Origin: a virus
DNA: 64,000 nucleotides
IMG/VR virus record: IMGVR_UViG_3300014913_000006
Reading direction: 5' to 3' (one strand)
The first letter of the stretch is position 1. Each line of letters opens with the position of its first letter. The position numbers and the translations under genes are program-made. The notes below the pieces were generated by a model that saw only the letters and a program-made list of their open reading frames with translations, did not search any database and had not been told where the DNA came from. This document shows positions 17,872 to 27,819 of the stretch, in pieces.

Positions 17872-18405
17872 TATAACTGGACAGAAATTTGGCCAACTTT
17901 TGGTAATTAAGATGGTTGGCAAAAATAAATGGGGAAAATATCTGTGGCTGTGTCGATAACTGGGAGTGATTTGAGAAATGGTAAAACAAAAAGCTGTGGT
18001 TGTTCCAGAATCATACATGGACATGCAACAAAACGTGTGAATTCAAAAATTTATCGAGCATGGGCTGACATGATTCAAAGATGTACAAACAGTAGTCACC
18101 GTGCTTATCAAAACTATGGTGGAAGAGGAATTTCTGTTTGTATCAGATGGTTGAGATTTGAAAACTTTTTGCAGGACATGGGGAATCCCCCAAATTGTCA
18201 ATGGACAACATCAAAAATAAACAACCGAAATAGACGGAACAACCACATGATCACTTTTCGTGGAAAAACTAAATGCTTACAAGAATGGGCAAAAGAAATG
18301 GGGCTTTCACATCAAATAATTCTATGGCGACTCAATCACGGTTGGTCGGTATCGCAATCATTGACAGAGTCAATCGGGGCTAGAAGCTGGAAGGGGAGAG
18401 AATGA
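17855..18405 (+). pseudogene. HNH endonuclease with two internal deletions
   Basis: Frameshift after WLCR; DMGNPP joins NCQW, so the LDRIDN core is absent. Confidence 0.75.
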
Positions 18406-19055
18406 AGCTTAACACAAAGAAACGAAGAAGCAACTGCGAGCCCGAAACGGAATTAGAGGTCGAGCCGGAACCGGCTGTGCCGATCCAATTAGACGAAATA
18501 ATCGAAGAGTTTCTTGTGAGAACTCGCCGTCTGTTGGTCGTTGGAGAGATCAATGAGATAGCGTCTGCACATATATGTAGCTACTTACAGCTATTCTCTC
18601 TAAGACCTGATCCAGTATATATGTACATCAACAGCCCTGGTGGATGTCTTGCTTCTGGGTACGCCATCATAGACCAGATGTTGGCGTGTCGTTGTCCAGT
18701 CCACACCATTGTCCGTGGGCAGGGACACTCTATGGCGGCGATGATTGCCGCATTTGGCGAGAAGGGTCACCGGTATTCTACTCCGAACTCATCCCTTATG
18801 CTGCACTCGATAATCATTCATAATGCTCCCGACTCAATTGAGCGGCATGGTCAGATGACCGGGTATCTCGAAGAGGACTACCGCAAAAAAGTCACAGCCC
18901 TGGCACGGAGGATGAAGGTAACTGCTAAGCAGTTGAGGGAACTGATGAATCAAACAAAGTGGATGTCGCCACAGCAGGCTATGAAGATAGGTTTGGTTGA
19001 CGGCATCTGGACTCCACGTATGGAACAGAAACTCAACAAAGGATTTGGCAAATGA
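18402..19055 (+). CDS. clpP: ClpP-family protease
   Basis: YINSPGG, GQGHSMAA (Ser), LMLHS (His), GLVD. Confidence 0.88.
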   Translation: MKLNTKKRRSNCEPETELEVEPEPAVPIQLDEIIEEFLVRTRRLLVVGEINEIASAHICSYLQLFSLRPDPVYMYINSPGGCLASGYAIIDQMLACRCPVHTIVRGQGHSMAAMIAAFGEKGHRYSTPNSSLMLHSIIIHNAPDSIERHGQMTGYLEEDYRKKVTALARRMKVTAKQLRELMNQTKWMSPQQAMKIGLVDGIWTPRMEQKLNKGFGK

Positions 19056-19564
19056 TGAAACGGCAACGCCGTATAACCAAAGCTTATTTCGACGCAGCCT
19101 GTCTCCAGTATGTTCCGTTGATACAGAAGCTAGCGTTCCAAATAGGGACTGACGATGCGCAAATCGATGATATGAAGGCTTGCGCCAAAGAAGAATTGCT
19201 CAAATGTATGATCTGCTACCGTCGCAGCGGCTCATTTATCACGTTTTTCCACGGTAGGCTGGCTGGTAGGTTTAGGCATATGCGGGACGCAGAACAGAGG
19301 GCAAAAAGGGTTCAGGTGTTGTCGTTGGAGGCAATGTCTCATCTAGCGGGGCCAAACCGTGACGCAGACACACACATGATGGTCGAGGAACTGATGGGGT
19401 GTCTGAACGAAGAAGAGCGTGCTGTTATAACTGGGTTGTTCTTCGACGAAAAGACTATGAGAGAAGTCTCCCAGGACCAAGGGATAGTCCCATCTACTGT
19501 CTGTCGCATAAAGAGTATGGCGATCGACAAGATGAGACAGAAATGTGAAACGGGGAAGGAGTAA
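19052..19564 (+). CDS. Sigma-70-like factor (regions 2 and 4)
   Basis: LNEEERAVI...TMREVS...PSTVCRIKSMAIDKMR region-4 HTH. Confidence 0.8.
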   Translation: MMKRQRRITKAYFDAACLQYVPLIQKLAFQIGTDDAQIDDMKACAKEELLKCMICYRRSGSFITFFHGRLAGRFRHMRDAEQRAKRVQVLSLEAMSHLAGPNRDADTHMMVEELMGCLNEEERAVITGLFFDEKTMREVSQDQGIVPSTVCRIKSMAIDKMRQKCETGKE

Positions 19565-19567
19565 GTC

Positions 19568-19897
19568 GTGGCAGATAAAAGAGGTTGCGACAAAAAGAAG
19601 AGAGAGCAGAAAAAGATTGAGCGACTGAAGATATTGCTTGGTATCGATCTGTGTGCCTGCGGCGGGGGACACCAGTTGAAGTGCCAGGGGGCGTGTAAAG
19701 AAACCCACACGAATCCCAAGACGGGTCGAACCGAGTGTGGCGAGTGTTACCAGATCGACCGTTCAGTTGTCAAGCAAGACGGGCCTCGCCGACCAAGGCG
19801 CACCTGGAAATACGGTCGTCAAAAAGAGGGAAACGAAAACAAACAAGCCAAGGATCAGCGTCGTGAAAGATGGCAAAGAGATCAGTCGAGTGACTGA
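19568..19897 (+). CDS. Basic Cys-rich hypothetical protein
   Basis: AAGGAG RBS, GTG start. Confidence 0.55.
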   Translation: MADKRGCDKKKREQKKIERLKILLGIDLCACGGGHQLKCQGACKETHTNPKTGRTECGECYQIDRSVVKQDGPRRPRRTWKYGRQKEGNENKQAKDQRRERWQRDQSSD

Positions 19898-19902
19898 TCC
19901 AC

Positions 19903-19912
19903 GGTGTATAAA
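19903..19912 (+). promoter_or_regulatory. GGTGTATAAA motif, candidate late promoter
   Basis: Intergenic, upstream of a lipoprotein gene; identical to 1141..1150 (-). Confidence 0.45.
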
Positions 19913-19957
19913 CCTCTAACGGGTCTGTTGTCTCCCGATGAACAGGAAGGTGGAAAA

Positions 19958-20410
19958 ATGAAGAAGTGGTGGATCGTTTCGGTATTGTTGGTAGCCATGT
20001 CGCTACCTATGGTGGGTTGTGCTACGCTCGGGGGTGGCGGTGGCGGGTGGCAGGACAATGTTCCCAAGCTCAAGGCCGGTATCAACATGTTCTCAAAGCT
20101 GGCGACTCGAATCGCCTTGACCGAGGCGAAGATGCCAGCGGAGGATGTGGAACTAGTCAAGGGGTATCTGGTTGCCCTGCGAGACCTTCTGGCAGTGCCC
20201 GGTCAGCCAGACTTTACCGGCGCTCGGGCGCTTGTGGGCGTAAAGCTCCCACAGAAGTATCAAGTTTACGGTTTAACCATCATCGATGTGATTGAGCGGT
20301 ATCTGAATTCCGCCGATCTGAATATCACGGAAGATCAGGAATTGATCGTTGCTCTTGTGTCTTCAGCCATCGACGGCGCACTCGCCGCCGTAGAAGAATT
20401 CGCGGGGTAG
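19958..20410 (+). CDS. Lipoprotein
   Basis: MKKWWIVSVLLVAMSLPMVG|C lipobox-like signal followed by a Gly linker. Confidence 0.75.
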   Translation: MKKWWIVSVLLVAMSLPMVGCATLGGGGGGWQDNVPKLKAGINMFSKLATRIALTEAKMPAEDVELVKGYLVALRDLLAVPGQPDFTGARALVGVKLPQKYQVYGLTIIDVIERYLNSADLNITEDQELIVALVSSAIDGALAAVEEFAG

Positions 20411-20423
20411 TCGAACAAATCAT

Positions 20424-20464
20424 GTGGGGCGGCTCTCGGTCGGGGGTCGCCTCACTTTCTTTTT
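20424..20464 (+). terminator. Rho-independent terminator
   Basis: 14-bp stem with G-U pairs (gtggggcggctctc/gggggtcgcctcac) followed by tttcttttt. Confidence 0.7.
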
Positions 20465-20483
20465 CTGAAGGGGGTGCGATGTT

Positions 20484-21371
20484 ATGAGTAGGTGGAAAAC
20501 CTGCCTCGTCTCAATTATGGTGGTTTTTTTCTGTGTAGGGTCGGTGGCCATAACCCAAGATGGGCGTGGTGAAAATCCTCCACAGGAAACTACAGTGGTC
20601 GATGCAGGATCAACAGCAGTCGAAGAAACAGTAGAGACGGAAGTTTTACCACCAGTAGTAGACGAGATAACACTCAAACAAAACGAAATGCGGGACACTA
20701 CGGTCCTTGTACAAACACGTCAGGGGAGTGGCTCCGGGACCATTATTGAATGCCTTGAGACTGACACAGATGGAATGTTCAGATATATCGTGCTGACCAA
20801 CGCACATGTTACACACAGTAGGTTCGTTACTATTCTACATGCGGTCGATTCATTAACCGGCAAAGTCAGGGCAGAAAGAGTCGATACTGGTTGCGGTGTC
20901 ATTGCCTTCGATCACGAGAAGAGAGATTGGTTCCAATATACTACAACAGTGGTGGCAGAAGACATGCAATACGATTTAGCGCTGTTGTCGTTTTTTACTG
21001 AGCAAAAGTTGGCTGTGGCAAGACTGGCCGACAACGAAATGTTAGACCAAGTGCGTGTCTTCGATGAGGTATTCGCAATCGGATGTCAACTTGGGAGAGC
21101 CCCATCGCCAACTACTGGCATTGTTTCACAGATAATCACGGGGAACAATGGAGAGAAAGAATGGGTCATCTACGGCAACACAGCCCAGATTACCCCAGGA
21201 TCAAGCGGTGGCGGATTATTCAAGAAGTACGAAGGACATTACTATATGATAGGAATCCCATTCCGTGTTGTTATAGCTGGCAACGGTCAGATTATTCCAC
21301 ACTTATCACACGCCATCTCGATCGGAGTCGCAATGGATTTCATTGACCAGAATTCGGTAACCTGTCCATGA
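20484..21371 (+). CDS. Secreted trypsin-like serine protease
   Basis: Signal peptide; LTNAHV, DLALL and GSSGGGLF triad motifs. Confidence 0.88.
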   Translation: MSRWKTCLVSIMVVFFCVGSVAITQDGRGENPPQETTVVDAGSTAVEETVETEVLPPVVDEITLKQNEMRDTTVLVQTRQGSGSGTIIECLETDTDGMFRYIVLTNAHVTHSRFVTILHAVDSLTGKVRAERVDTGCGVIAFDHEKRDWFQYTTTVVAEDMQYDLALLSFFTEQKLAVARLADNEMLDQVRVFDEVFAIGCQLGRAPSPTTGIVSQIITGNNGEKEWVIYGNTAQITPGSSGGGLFKKYEGHYYMIGIPFRVVIAGNGQIIPHLSHAISIGVAMDFIDQNSVTCP

Positions 21372-22006
21372 AAACAGTAGACGCGATCATTCTTGGGATG
21401 CAGGCGGGTGGCTTGCCTAGCGACTACTGGGCGACTCCAGATGGGGAGTTCCCAGAACTAGAGAGCACCCGTCTAGTCATCCAGAGGAATGGTCAGTCTG
21501 TCTGGGAACACACGATGTCGGTCATAGATTTGATCACACCCAAAAACCCCATCACTTTGTTGTCTGGCCTGTTCCACGATTTGGGTAAGTGTGACGTGCA
21601 GCCAATGGATGATCCTTCCCTGCCTAGATTCCCAGGTCACGCCATAGGGTCGGCCAACATTGCTGAGGCCAAACTTACAGAATGGCAAGCATCACCGGAT
21701 ATCATCGACAGGGTTGTTCGTTTGATAACGATGCACATGTATGATGTCGGCAACGCCGCTAGGGAAAAGACAATCCGCAAGTTTGTAGCAGATGTCGGAC
21801 CAACCAATATCGACAACTGGTTCGCTCTACGTATTGCAGATTCTCGTTCGTATGCTGCACAGCAACAATATCGCAGCCACTTCATAGAACCGTTTAGGAC
21901 TCTAGTCACGTCGTATTTGTCACAGCAACCCGGTACAGATCAGCCAACATTTGAGACCCACGGGAACGCGGGGGGTATGCAGATAGAAGGGGGAGAGGCT
22001 TCGTGA
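21368..22006 (+). CDS. HD-domain phosphohydrolase (like the HD region of CCA-adding enzymes)
   Basis: VWEHT...LFHDLGK...FPGHA...ITMHM...RIAD. Confidence 0.8.
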   Translation: MKTVDAIILGMQAGGLPSDYWATPDGEFPELESTRLVIQRNGQSVWEHTMSVIDLITPKNPITLLSGLFHDLGKCDVQPMDDPSLPRFPGHAIGSANIAEAKLTEWQASPDIIDRVVRLITMHMYDVGNAAREKTIRKFVADVGPTNIDNWFALRIADSRSYAAQQQYRSHFIEPFRTLVTSYLSQQPGTDQPTFETHGNAGGMQIEGGEAS

Positions 22007-25000
22007 GTATAGCAGTATACGATCCAGATGGATTCGCTCTGCAAATTTTCCGGGATAGGTATGCTATCCATGCGGAAGAAACGTTTGGGCAGGCTTGTGA
22101 AAGAGTCTCCAGATCGATTGCTGATGCAGAAATGGGGACCAAGCGTGATGAATACTTTGCTAGGTTCTTAGATATCTTGCAGACGAATCGTTTTTCTCCA
22201 GGTGGTCGTATCTGGAGAGGCGCTGGCCGTCAGCGCGGGCAAATGCTCAACTGCCTACAGGGGGACACCCTTGTCCACACAAAAGAGTATGGATTGATAC
22301 CAATCAAACTGTTAGCTGGGACCAACGCTGACGTTCTGTCGAACGACGGTGTCTTTCGGCACGCTGTGTGGTTTTCTGGTGGTGTGCAACAGCTATATAA
22401 GATTACGCTCAAGAATGGAGATACACTGTTTGCAACAGCCGAACATGAATGGCCAGTAGCTAAAAAAGGTTTTGGCATTGTAAAGAAAAAGACCACAGAG
22501 CTTATGGGGGAAGACAATAAGAGGGGGGCATATTGTCTCTTGGTCCAACACAGAGATAGTTTTGAAATCAAAAATGAGGGTGAATACAAACAGGGAATCA
22601 GGCATGGTCTTGTTTTTGGCGATGGCTCTTTATACTGTAACGACAGACTATCTAGAATGCCACAGTTCGGGAATAGCAAACATTTAGTTGAAGATCATTT
22701 CAATGACATTACACACTGGCCTTCAATCAATGCCACTGTAGCAACTAAATTGCCAGCAAGTTTCAAGAAACTGCCGTGCATTATAGATGAGACTCAAGAC
22801 TATTTACGAGGCTTTGTCGCTGGATGGATTGCTGCTGATGGATGTGTAGATTCCCGAGGAATGGTGATGGGGTATAACAAAGACCTAGAGACCATACGAC
22901 AAATACGTAGGATATGTGCAGAGGTCGGGATAGCAACATCTTCTATTAAATTGGATCGTGACACGAATCCATTCAATGGGGAGTCATCTACTTTATATAA
23001 ATTGACTTTTGCAAAACAATCATTTTTCAATGAAGGAAAACAAGATAACAAGCTTATTTTGAAGAATAAGCATAGAGATAATTTTGCTACAACGGCAGAA
23101 AAAAAACGCAACAGACATTCAGTCAAAGTTGTTGGCGTTGAGCCCACAGATAGATTTGAAGAAGTTTTTTGCTGTGAAGAATCGGACACACATACATTCG
23201 TTGTTGAAGAAGGGTGTTATTTGACAGGCAATTGTTTTGTGTGGACAGATGACCTTGATTCCAGGGAGGGGTGGGGAGACGCACTGCGAGCAGTGACTAT
23301 CATCTCTGGAACCGGTGGTGGTATAGGGCTCAATTTCTCAAGAGTCAGACCACGGGGCTCGGCAATCCGAGGTACCGGTGGTGAAGCCACCGGGGCTGTA
23401 TCTCTTATGAGGTGCATCAATGCGGTGTGTAACGAGCTACGAGAAGGTGGCGGCAGGCGGTCGGCTCTAATGTTCTGTCTCAAGTACGACCACCCCGATC
23501 TGATGGAATTCCTCGAAGCGAAACTCGACAAGGGTGAGCTAAGCAACGCCAACATCTCAGTCTGTATTGACGACGCCTTCCTGAAGTTGCTAGACGAAGA
23601 AGGGGAGGTCGTTTTCAGGTGGCAGGGTGAGGAACGTGGCAGGGTTGCTGCCAAGGACATCTGGGACAAGATCGTACACAACGCTTGGGAGAGTGGAGAC
23701 CCAGGAGTATTAAACATCGGCCTAGCCAATACGATGAACACTGTCTCATACCGACACGATTTGGTTAGCACCAATCCATGTTTTACCGGCGAAATGAGGT
23801 TACACACCGGACAAGGAATGCTTCAACTTAAAACCTTAGCAGATACTGGCGGTGTGCAGAACATTCAGGTAACTACTGATGACAGATGTATCAGTTCTGT
23901 CCTACAGGGTACTACCATACGACCCGCAAGCCAAGTTGAGAAAACGGGTAAGCAGCAGCAAATATATGCACTTACTACGTCTCATGGTCATAAGATACGA
24001 TGTACGGAATACCATGAATTTATCACACCTACAGGTCGTAGACCATTGAAAATGCTTGGGGCTGGAAGTGAATTATATCTACAATCCGGAGAAGGTGCCT
24101 GGGGGTGTGTCGGTGATTATGGGGATGGATTGATTATTGGATCGTTTACAGGAGATGGGACGACAGCGAAGACCGACCATGGTATCCAAATGTGTCTAGA
24201 CTATTGGAATGAAGACAAATTGTGTGATAAAGTTTTAGACTTTGTTAACGCCAAAATAGCCGATGGACAACTCACACAGACGACAAGAAATTATGGCCCC
24301 GTGGTGTCCAGAAAATGTTCAGAACCGGGGAAAAGACGTATTTCATCAATAAGATTATCTAGATATTTTTACAACAAATTTTGCGCAGATATTGAAGTGT
24401 TTAAGAATCGTGTCCCAGAATTAGTTTGGTCAGGATCGAGAGAATTGGTGAAGGGATATCTGGCAGGACTATTTCAGGCTGGCGGTTCTGTTCAACTGAA
24501 GGATCGCGGTACTAAAGGAACTCTTTCTGTTCGACTTTCTCAAAGCAATTTTCTACTGTTACAGGATGTGCAAATTCTTCTTGGCAATTTTGGCATAGTA
24601 TCCAGCGTATACAAGAGAAGGGATCAGCAGTATAGAAATTTGCCAGATGGCCATGGTGGTCTTAAACCGTTCTTATGTAAAACACAATATGAACTGATAA
24701 TCAATAGACCAAATGCGATTGTTTTTGAAGAGCTTATTGGTTTTGCAGGAGACAAACAGAAACAACTCACTCAATTGTTAGACCAGAGAGGAAGAGAGTG
24801 CAGAAAGCCGGAAAGATTTACAACAAAAATCAAATCAATTAAGAAAGATGGAATTGAAGATGTATATTGCCTAAATCAACCGAGTCACCATTGTATCGTG
24901 GTTAACGGAGTTGTTACGGGACAATGTGGTGAGATTTGGATGCCCCCCTACGACTGTTGTTGTCTTGGTGCGGTCAATCTACACACCCACGTAGTCGATG

Positions 25001-25911
25001 GTGATATCGATTGGGACTTGCTCGAAGAAACTGTAGCCATGAGTGTGCGATTCTTGGATGACGTTCTAGATCAGAACAACTATCCAATGTCGATCATCCA
25101 GGAGACGTGTCAGAAGTATCGCAGGGTTGGCCTGGGTGTCATGGGGTTGCACGACATGCTGCTCGAACTGGGACTCAAATACTCAAGCAAGGCGGCGAGA
25201 GAAGTTGTTGACAAGGTAATGGATTTCGTGAAGAAACAAGCTTACCATGCAAGTATTACCTTGGCAATAGAAAAGGGGTCGTTCCACGCATTCGATGTAG
25301 ACCAGCATATCAAAACTGGATTTGTAAAGAAGTGTTTGCCTCGCAGACATCATCGGCTTATCAAAGAACATGGGTTGCGCAATTGTGCTTTGTTGACCAT
25401 AGCGCCCACCGGAACAATCTCTATTGTCGCAGGTTGCTCTTCTGGAATAGAACCATTGTTCCAACCCGTCTATGAAAGACGTTTCAACAAACACAAGGAT
25501 ATGCATGACGATAGTAAAAGGGATAGGGCTGTTGAGGTTGTGGTACATCCACTACTAAAGCAATTCCTAGAATCCCGTAAGTCTACGAAACACTTCCAGG
25601 GCGCTCATGACATTACGCCAGAAGCTCACCTAGCTATGCAGGCAATTTGTCAAAAGCACATAGACAACTCTATCTCTAAGACTGTGAACCTACCAACCGA
25701 TCACCCTGTAGATCAGTTGTCTAAAGAGATGAGACAATACATTGGCGAGCTGAAGGGGATAACCGTGTATCGGGATGGAAGTAAGGGCGAATCACCATTG
25801 GTCCCTGTGCCCTTATCTGAAGCAAAACAACACCTTGGGAAAATGGAAGCGGAAGCGGCTGTCAACGATTGCCCCAGTGGTGCGTGTGAGACAACGAAAG
25901 GTGGTAGCTAG
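22003..25911 (+). CDS. nrdJ: Class II (B12-dependent) ribonucleotide reductase with two inteins
   Basis: FSPGGR, LN|CFV, TNP|CGE, APTGT, GITVYRDGS and a C-terminal CxxxxC; no beta subunit nearby. Confidence 0.88.
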   Translation: MSIAVYDPDGFALQIFRDRYAIHAEETFGQACERVSRSIADAEMGTKRDEYFARFLDILQTNRFSPGGRIWRGAGRQRGQMLNCLQGDTLVHTKEYGLIPIKLLAGTNADVLSNDGVFRHAVWFSGGVQQLYKITLKNGDTLFATAEHEWPVAKKGFGIVKKKTTELMGEDNKRGAYCLLVQHRDSFEIKNEGEYKQGIRHGLVFGDGSLYCNDRLSRMPQFGNSKHLVEDHFNDITHWPSINATVATKLPASFKKLPCIIDETQDYLRGFVAGWIAADGCVDSRGMVMGYNKDLETIRQIRRICAEVGIATSSIKLDRDTNPFNGESSTLYKLTFAKQSFFNEGKQDNKLILKNKHRDNFATTAEKKRNRHSVKVVGVEPTDRFEEVFCCEESDTHTFVVEEGCYLTGNCFVWTDDLDSREGWGDALRAVTIISGTGGGIGLNFSRVRPRGSAIRGTGGEATGAVSLMRCINAVCNELREGGGRRSALMFCLKYDHPDLMEFLEAKLDKGELSNANISVCIDDAFLKLLDEEGEVVFRWQGEERGRVAAKDIWDKIVHNAWESGDPGVLNIGLANTMNTVSYRHDLVSTNPCFTGEMRLHTGQGMLQLKTLADTGGVQNIQVTTDDRCISSVLQGTTIRPASQVEKTGKQQQIYALTTSHGHKIRCTEYHEFITPTGRRPLKMLGAGSELYLQSGEGAWGCVGDYGDGLIIGSFTGDGTTAKTDHGIQMCLDYWNEDKLCDKVLDFVNAKIADGQLTQTTRNYGPVVSRKCSEPGKRRISSIRLSRYFYNKFCADIEVFKNRVPELVWSGSRELVKGYLAGLFQAGGSVQLKDRGTKGTLSVRLSQSNFLLLQDVQILLGNFGIVSSVYKRRDQQYRNLPDGHGGLKPFLCKTQYELIINRPNAIVFEELIGFAGDKQKQLTQLLDQRGRECRKPERFTTKIKSIKKDGIEDVYCLNQPSHHCIVVNGVVTGQCGEIWMPPYDCCCLGAVNLHTHVVDGDIDWDLLEETVAMSVRFLDDVLDQNNYPMSIIQETCQKYRRVGLGVMGLHDMLLELGLKYSSKAAREVVDKVMDFVKKQAYHASITLAIEKGSFHAFDVDQHIKTGFVKKCLPRRHHRLIKEHGLRNCALLTIAPTGTISIVAGCSSGIEPLFQPVYERRFNKHKDMHDDSKRDRAVEVVVHPLLKQFLESRKSTKHFQGAHDITPEAHLAMQAICQKHIDNSISKTVNLPTDHPVDQLSKEMRQYIGELKGITVYRDGSKGESPLVPVPLSEAKQHLGKMEAEAAVNDCPSGACETTKGGS
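22252..23232 (+). mobile_element. Intein 1 in NrdJ (LAGLIDADG type)
   Basis: CLQGDT...GWIAADG...LTGN|C. Confidence 0.9.
23779..24924 (+). mobile_element. Intein 2 in NrdJ, ending in Gln
   Basis: CFTGEM...YLAGLFQAGG...VTGQ|CGE. Confidence 0.9.
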
Positions 25912-27819
25912 ATGGCTAAGGATAAACCCAGACTAGACGAGCAGACTCAGGAAGTTATTAGGCTTATTCGGCTTCACAACCGAACAGGTAGCGCTGGCGT
26001 TCTTCGAGAAGAAGTTGCCAGCGAATTAGGGGTGACGGTCTGGAAGGCAAGGAAGCTTATCACCCAGGCTGAAACGATCATGGCTGGAATCCCACAGGTT
26101 GGCATCGATCCGAGCGACCCGTTGTTTCGATCGGAAGTGGCTAGGCGCATCAAGAAAGCTACGACAGCGGCCAAGGTTGCGGAGAAGATGCATTCTACCG
26201 AAGAAGATGTGATGGCTGTTGTTGACGACATGGAAGAGCGCGGATACATCATTCAGAGACGAGGCAGCACAGTCCAGCTAGGCAAATCTGCTGAACAGTC
26301 GAGCGGTAGTATCGTTATCGCAAATCACTTCCACGACAAACCAATCTCGTTTGGTGTTATTGCAGATATGCACCTATGCAGCAAAGCAGAGAGACTGGAT
26401 GTCATGAATGCTGCCTACGATGAGTTCGCAGCACGAGGTATCACTACAGTATTCTGTCCAGGCAACTATATCGACGGTGAATGTCGTTTCAATACCCACG
26501 AACTCCTGGCACACGGTATCGCAGATCAATGTCAGTACGCCATCGATCACTGGCCTGCTCGCCCAGGTATCAAAACCTACTTTGTTGACGGAGACGACCA
26601 CGAGGGTTGGTTCCAACAGAGAGAAGGGATCGAGTTTGGTCGCTTTCTGATGCTTGAAGCACAGGCACAGGGCCGAGAAGACCTTGTGTATATGGGATAC
26701 ATGGAGGCCGACTTTGAACTGAAGGCCCCCGAAGGCAAGGCTATTGTCAAAGTGATCCATGCCGGTGGTGGTAGTTCATACGCATTCTCGTACGCTAGCC
26801 AGAAGTTGGTCGAATCATTCCAAGGTGGAGAAAAGCCCGCAGTTTGTATCATCGGCCATTACCACAAACAAGAATACTGTGTAAGCTTGGATTCAGAAAT
26901 ACTTACCCAACACGGATGGAAAAGGTATGACAATATTAAAAGGGGAAATCGTGTTCTGGGATATAATCTAGAGACAGGAAAACTAGAGTGGACAACATTG
27001 AGAAATATCAATATTACACCACCAACGCAGCTTGACTATTATGAAAACGCAAAATTTGCAGTAAACTGTACCCCGGATCATAAATGGGTTTGGGAACAAA
27101 ATGGAAAAAGGTTCTTGGCTCCAATGAGCGACGTAGGGCCAAAAGCTGATAATACTAGGCCCAATCTGATTCAAGCGGCACATGGTCCTGATGGTTCAGG
27201 AATTGGAAAATTCAAATATTCAGATTTCCTAGACAAAGAATTAGCTATTGATAGAGTCCTCCGAATGACTTCTGGAGAACGAAAAGCGTTTGTTTTTGGA
27301 TTGATGGTAGGAGAAGGAACAAGGGCTCATAAAACTCTCTCATTTGCTCAAAATGCCGGACCAGTAAACGACGCATTTACTCTTGCAGCATTTATGGAAG
27401 GGATAGCTACTGGAAAACCATATCTAATTCAAGATTCACAAACATTAAGAACTTCATTATTTCAGAAACCATACAGAGATTATCGTATACGAGAATCTCT
27501 GATAAAATCGTCCAATGAACGAACATGGTGTCCGACAACCGATCTAGGCACGTGGGTTATGAAACAAAATGGACAAATCACAATAACTGGTAATTGCTTC
27601 CCCCGCAATGTTCACTGTGTCCAGGCTGGTTGCACACAGGACCAGACAAGATTCATGCGTAAGCGTAAGCTTGCTGCCCACGTCGGCTTCTGCATCGTGA
27701 CACTACAGCAGGACATCAAAGGCAGCATCACCAGATTTTCACCCGAGTTCTTCCCGTTCTGGGACCGGGGCTACTACTTGAACCGCGATGGAATTGGCGA
27801 GAGACTTCAAAGTGGGTAA
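25912..27819 (+). CDS. HTH plus calcineurin-like metallophosphoesterase with intein
   Basis: ADMH, GNYIDG, GDDHE and GHYH motifs; winged-HTH-like N-terminus. Confidence 0.82.
   Translation: MAKDKPRLDEQTQEVIRLIRLHNRTGSAGVLREEVASELGVTVWKARKLITQAETIMAGIPQVGIDPSDPLFRSEVARRIKKATTAAKVAEKMHSTEEDVMAVVDDMEERGYIIQRRGSTVQLGKSAEQSSGSIVIANHFHDKPISFGVIADMHLCSKAERLDVMNAAYDEFAARGITTVFCPGNYIDGECRFNTHELLAHGIADQCQYAIDHWPARPGIKTYFVDGDDHEGWFQQREGIEFGRFLMLEAQAQGREDLVYMGYMEADFELKAPEGKAIVKVIHAGGGSSYAFSYASQKLVESFQGGEKPAVCIIGHYHKQEYCVSLDSEILTQHGWKRYDNIKRGNRVLGYNLETGKLEWTTLRNINITPPTQLDYYENAKFAVNCTPDHKWVWEQNGKRFLAPMSDVGPKADNTRPNLIQAAHGPDGSGIGKFKYSDFLDKELAIDRVLRMTSGERKAFVFGLMVGEGTRAHKTLSFAQNAGPVNDAFTLAAFMEGIATGKPYLIQDSQTLRTSLFQKPYRDYRIRESLIKSSNERTWCPTTDLGTWVMKQNGQITITGNCFPRNVHCVQAGCTQDQTRFMRKRKLAAHVGFCIVTLQQDIKGSITRFSPEFFPFWDRGYYLNRDGIGERLQSG
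26878..27594 (+). mobile_element. Short intein in the metallophosphoesterase
   Basis: CVSLDSEILT...CTPDHKW...ITGN|C; 239 aa. Confidence 0.88.
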
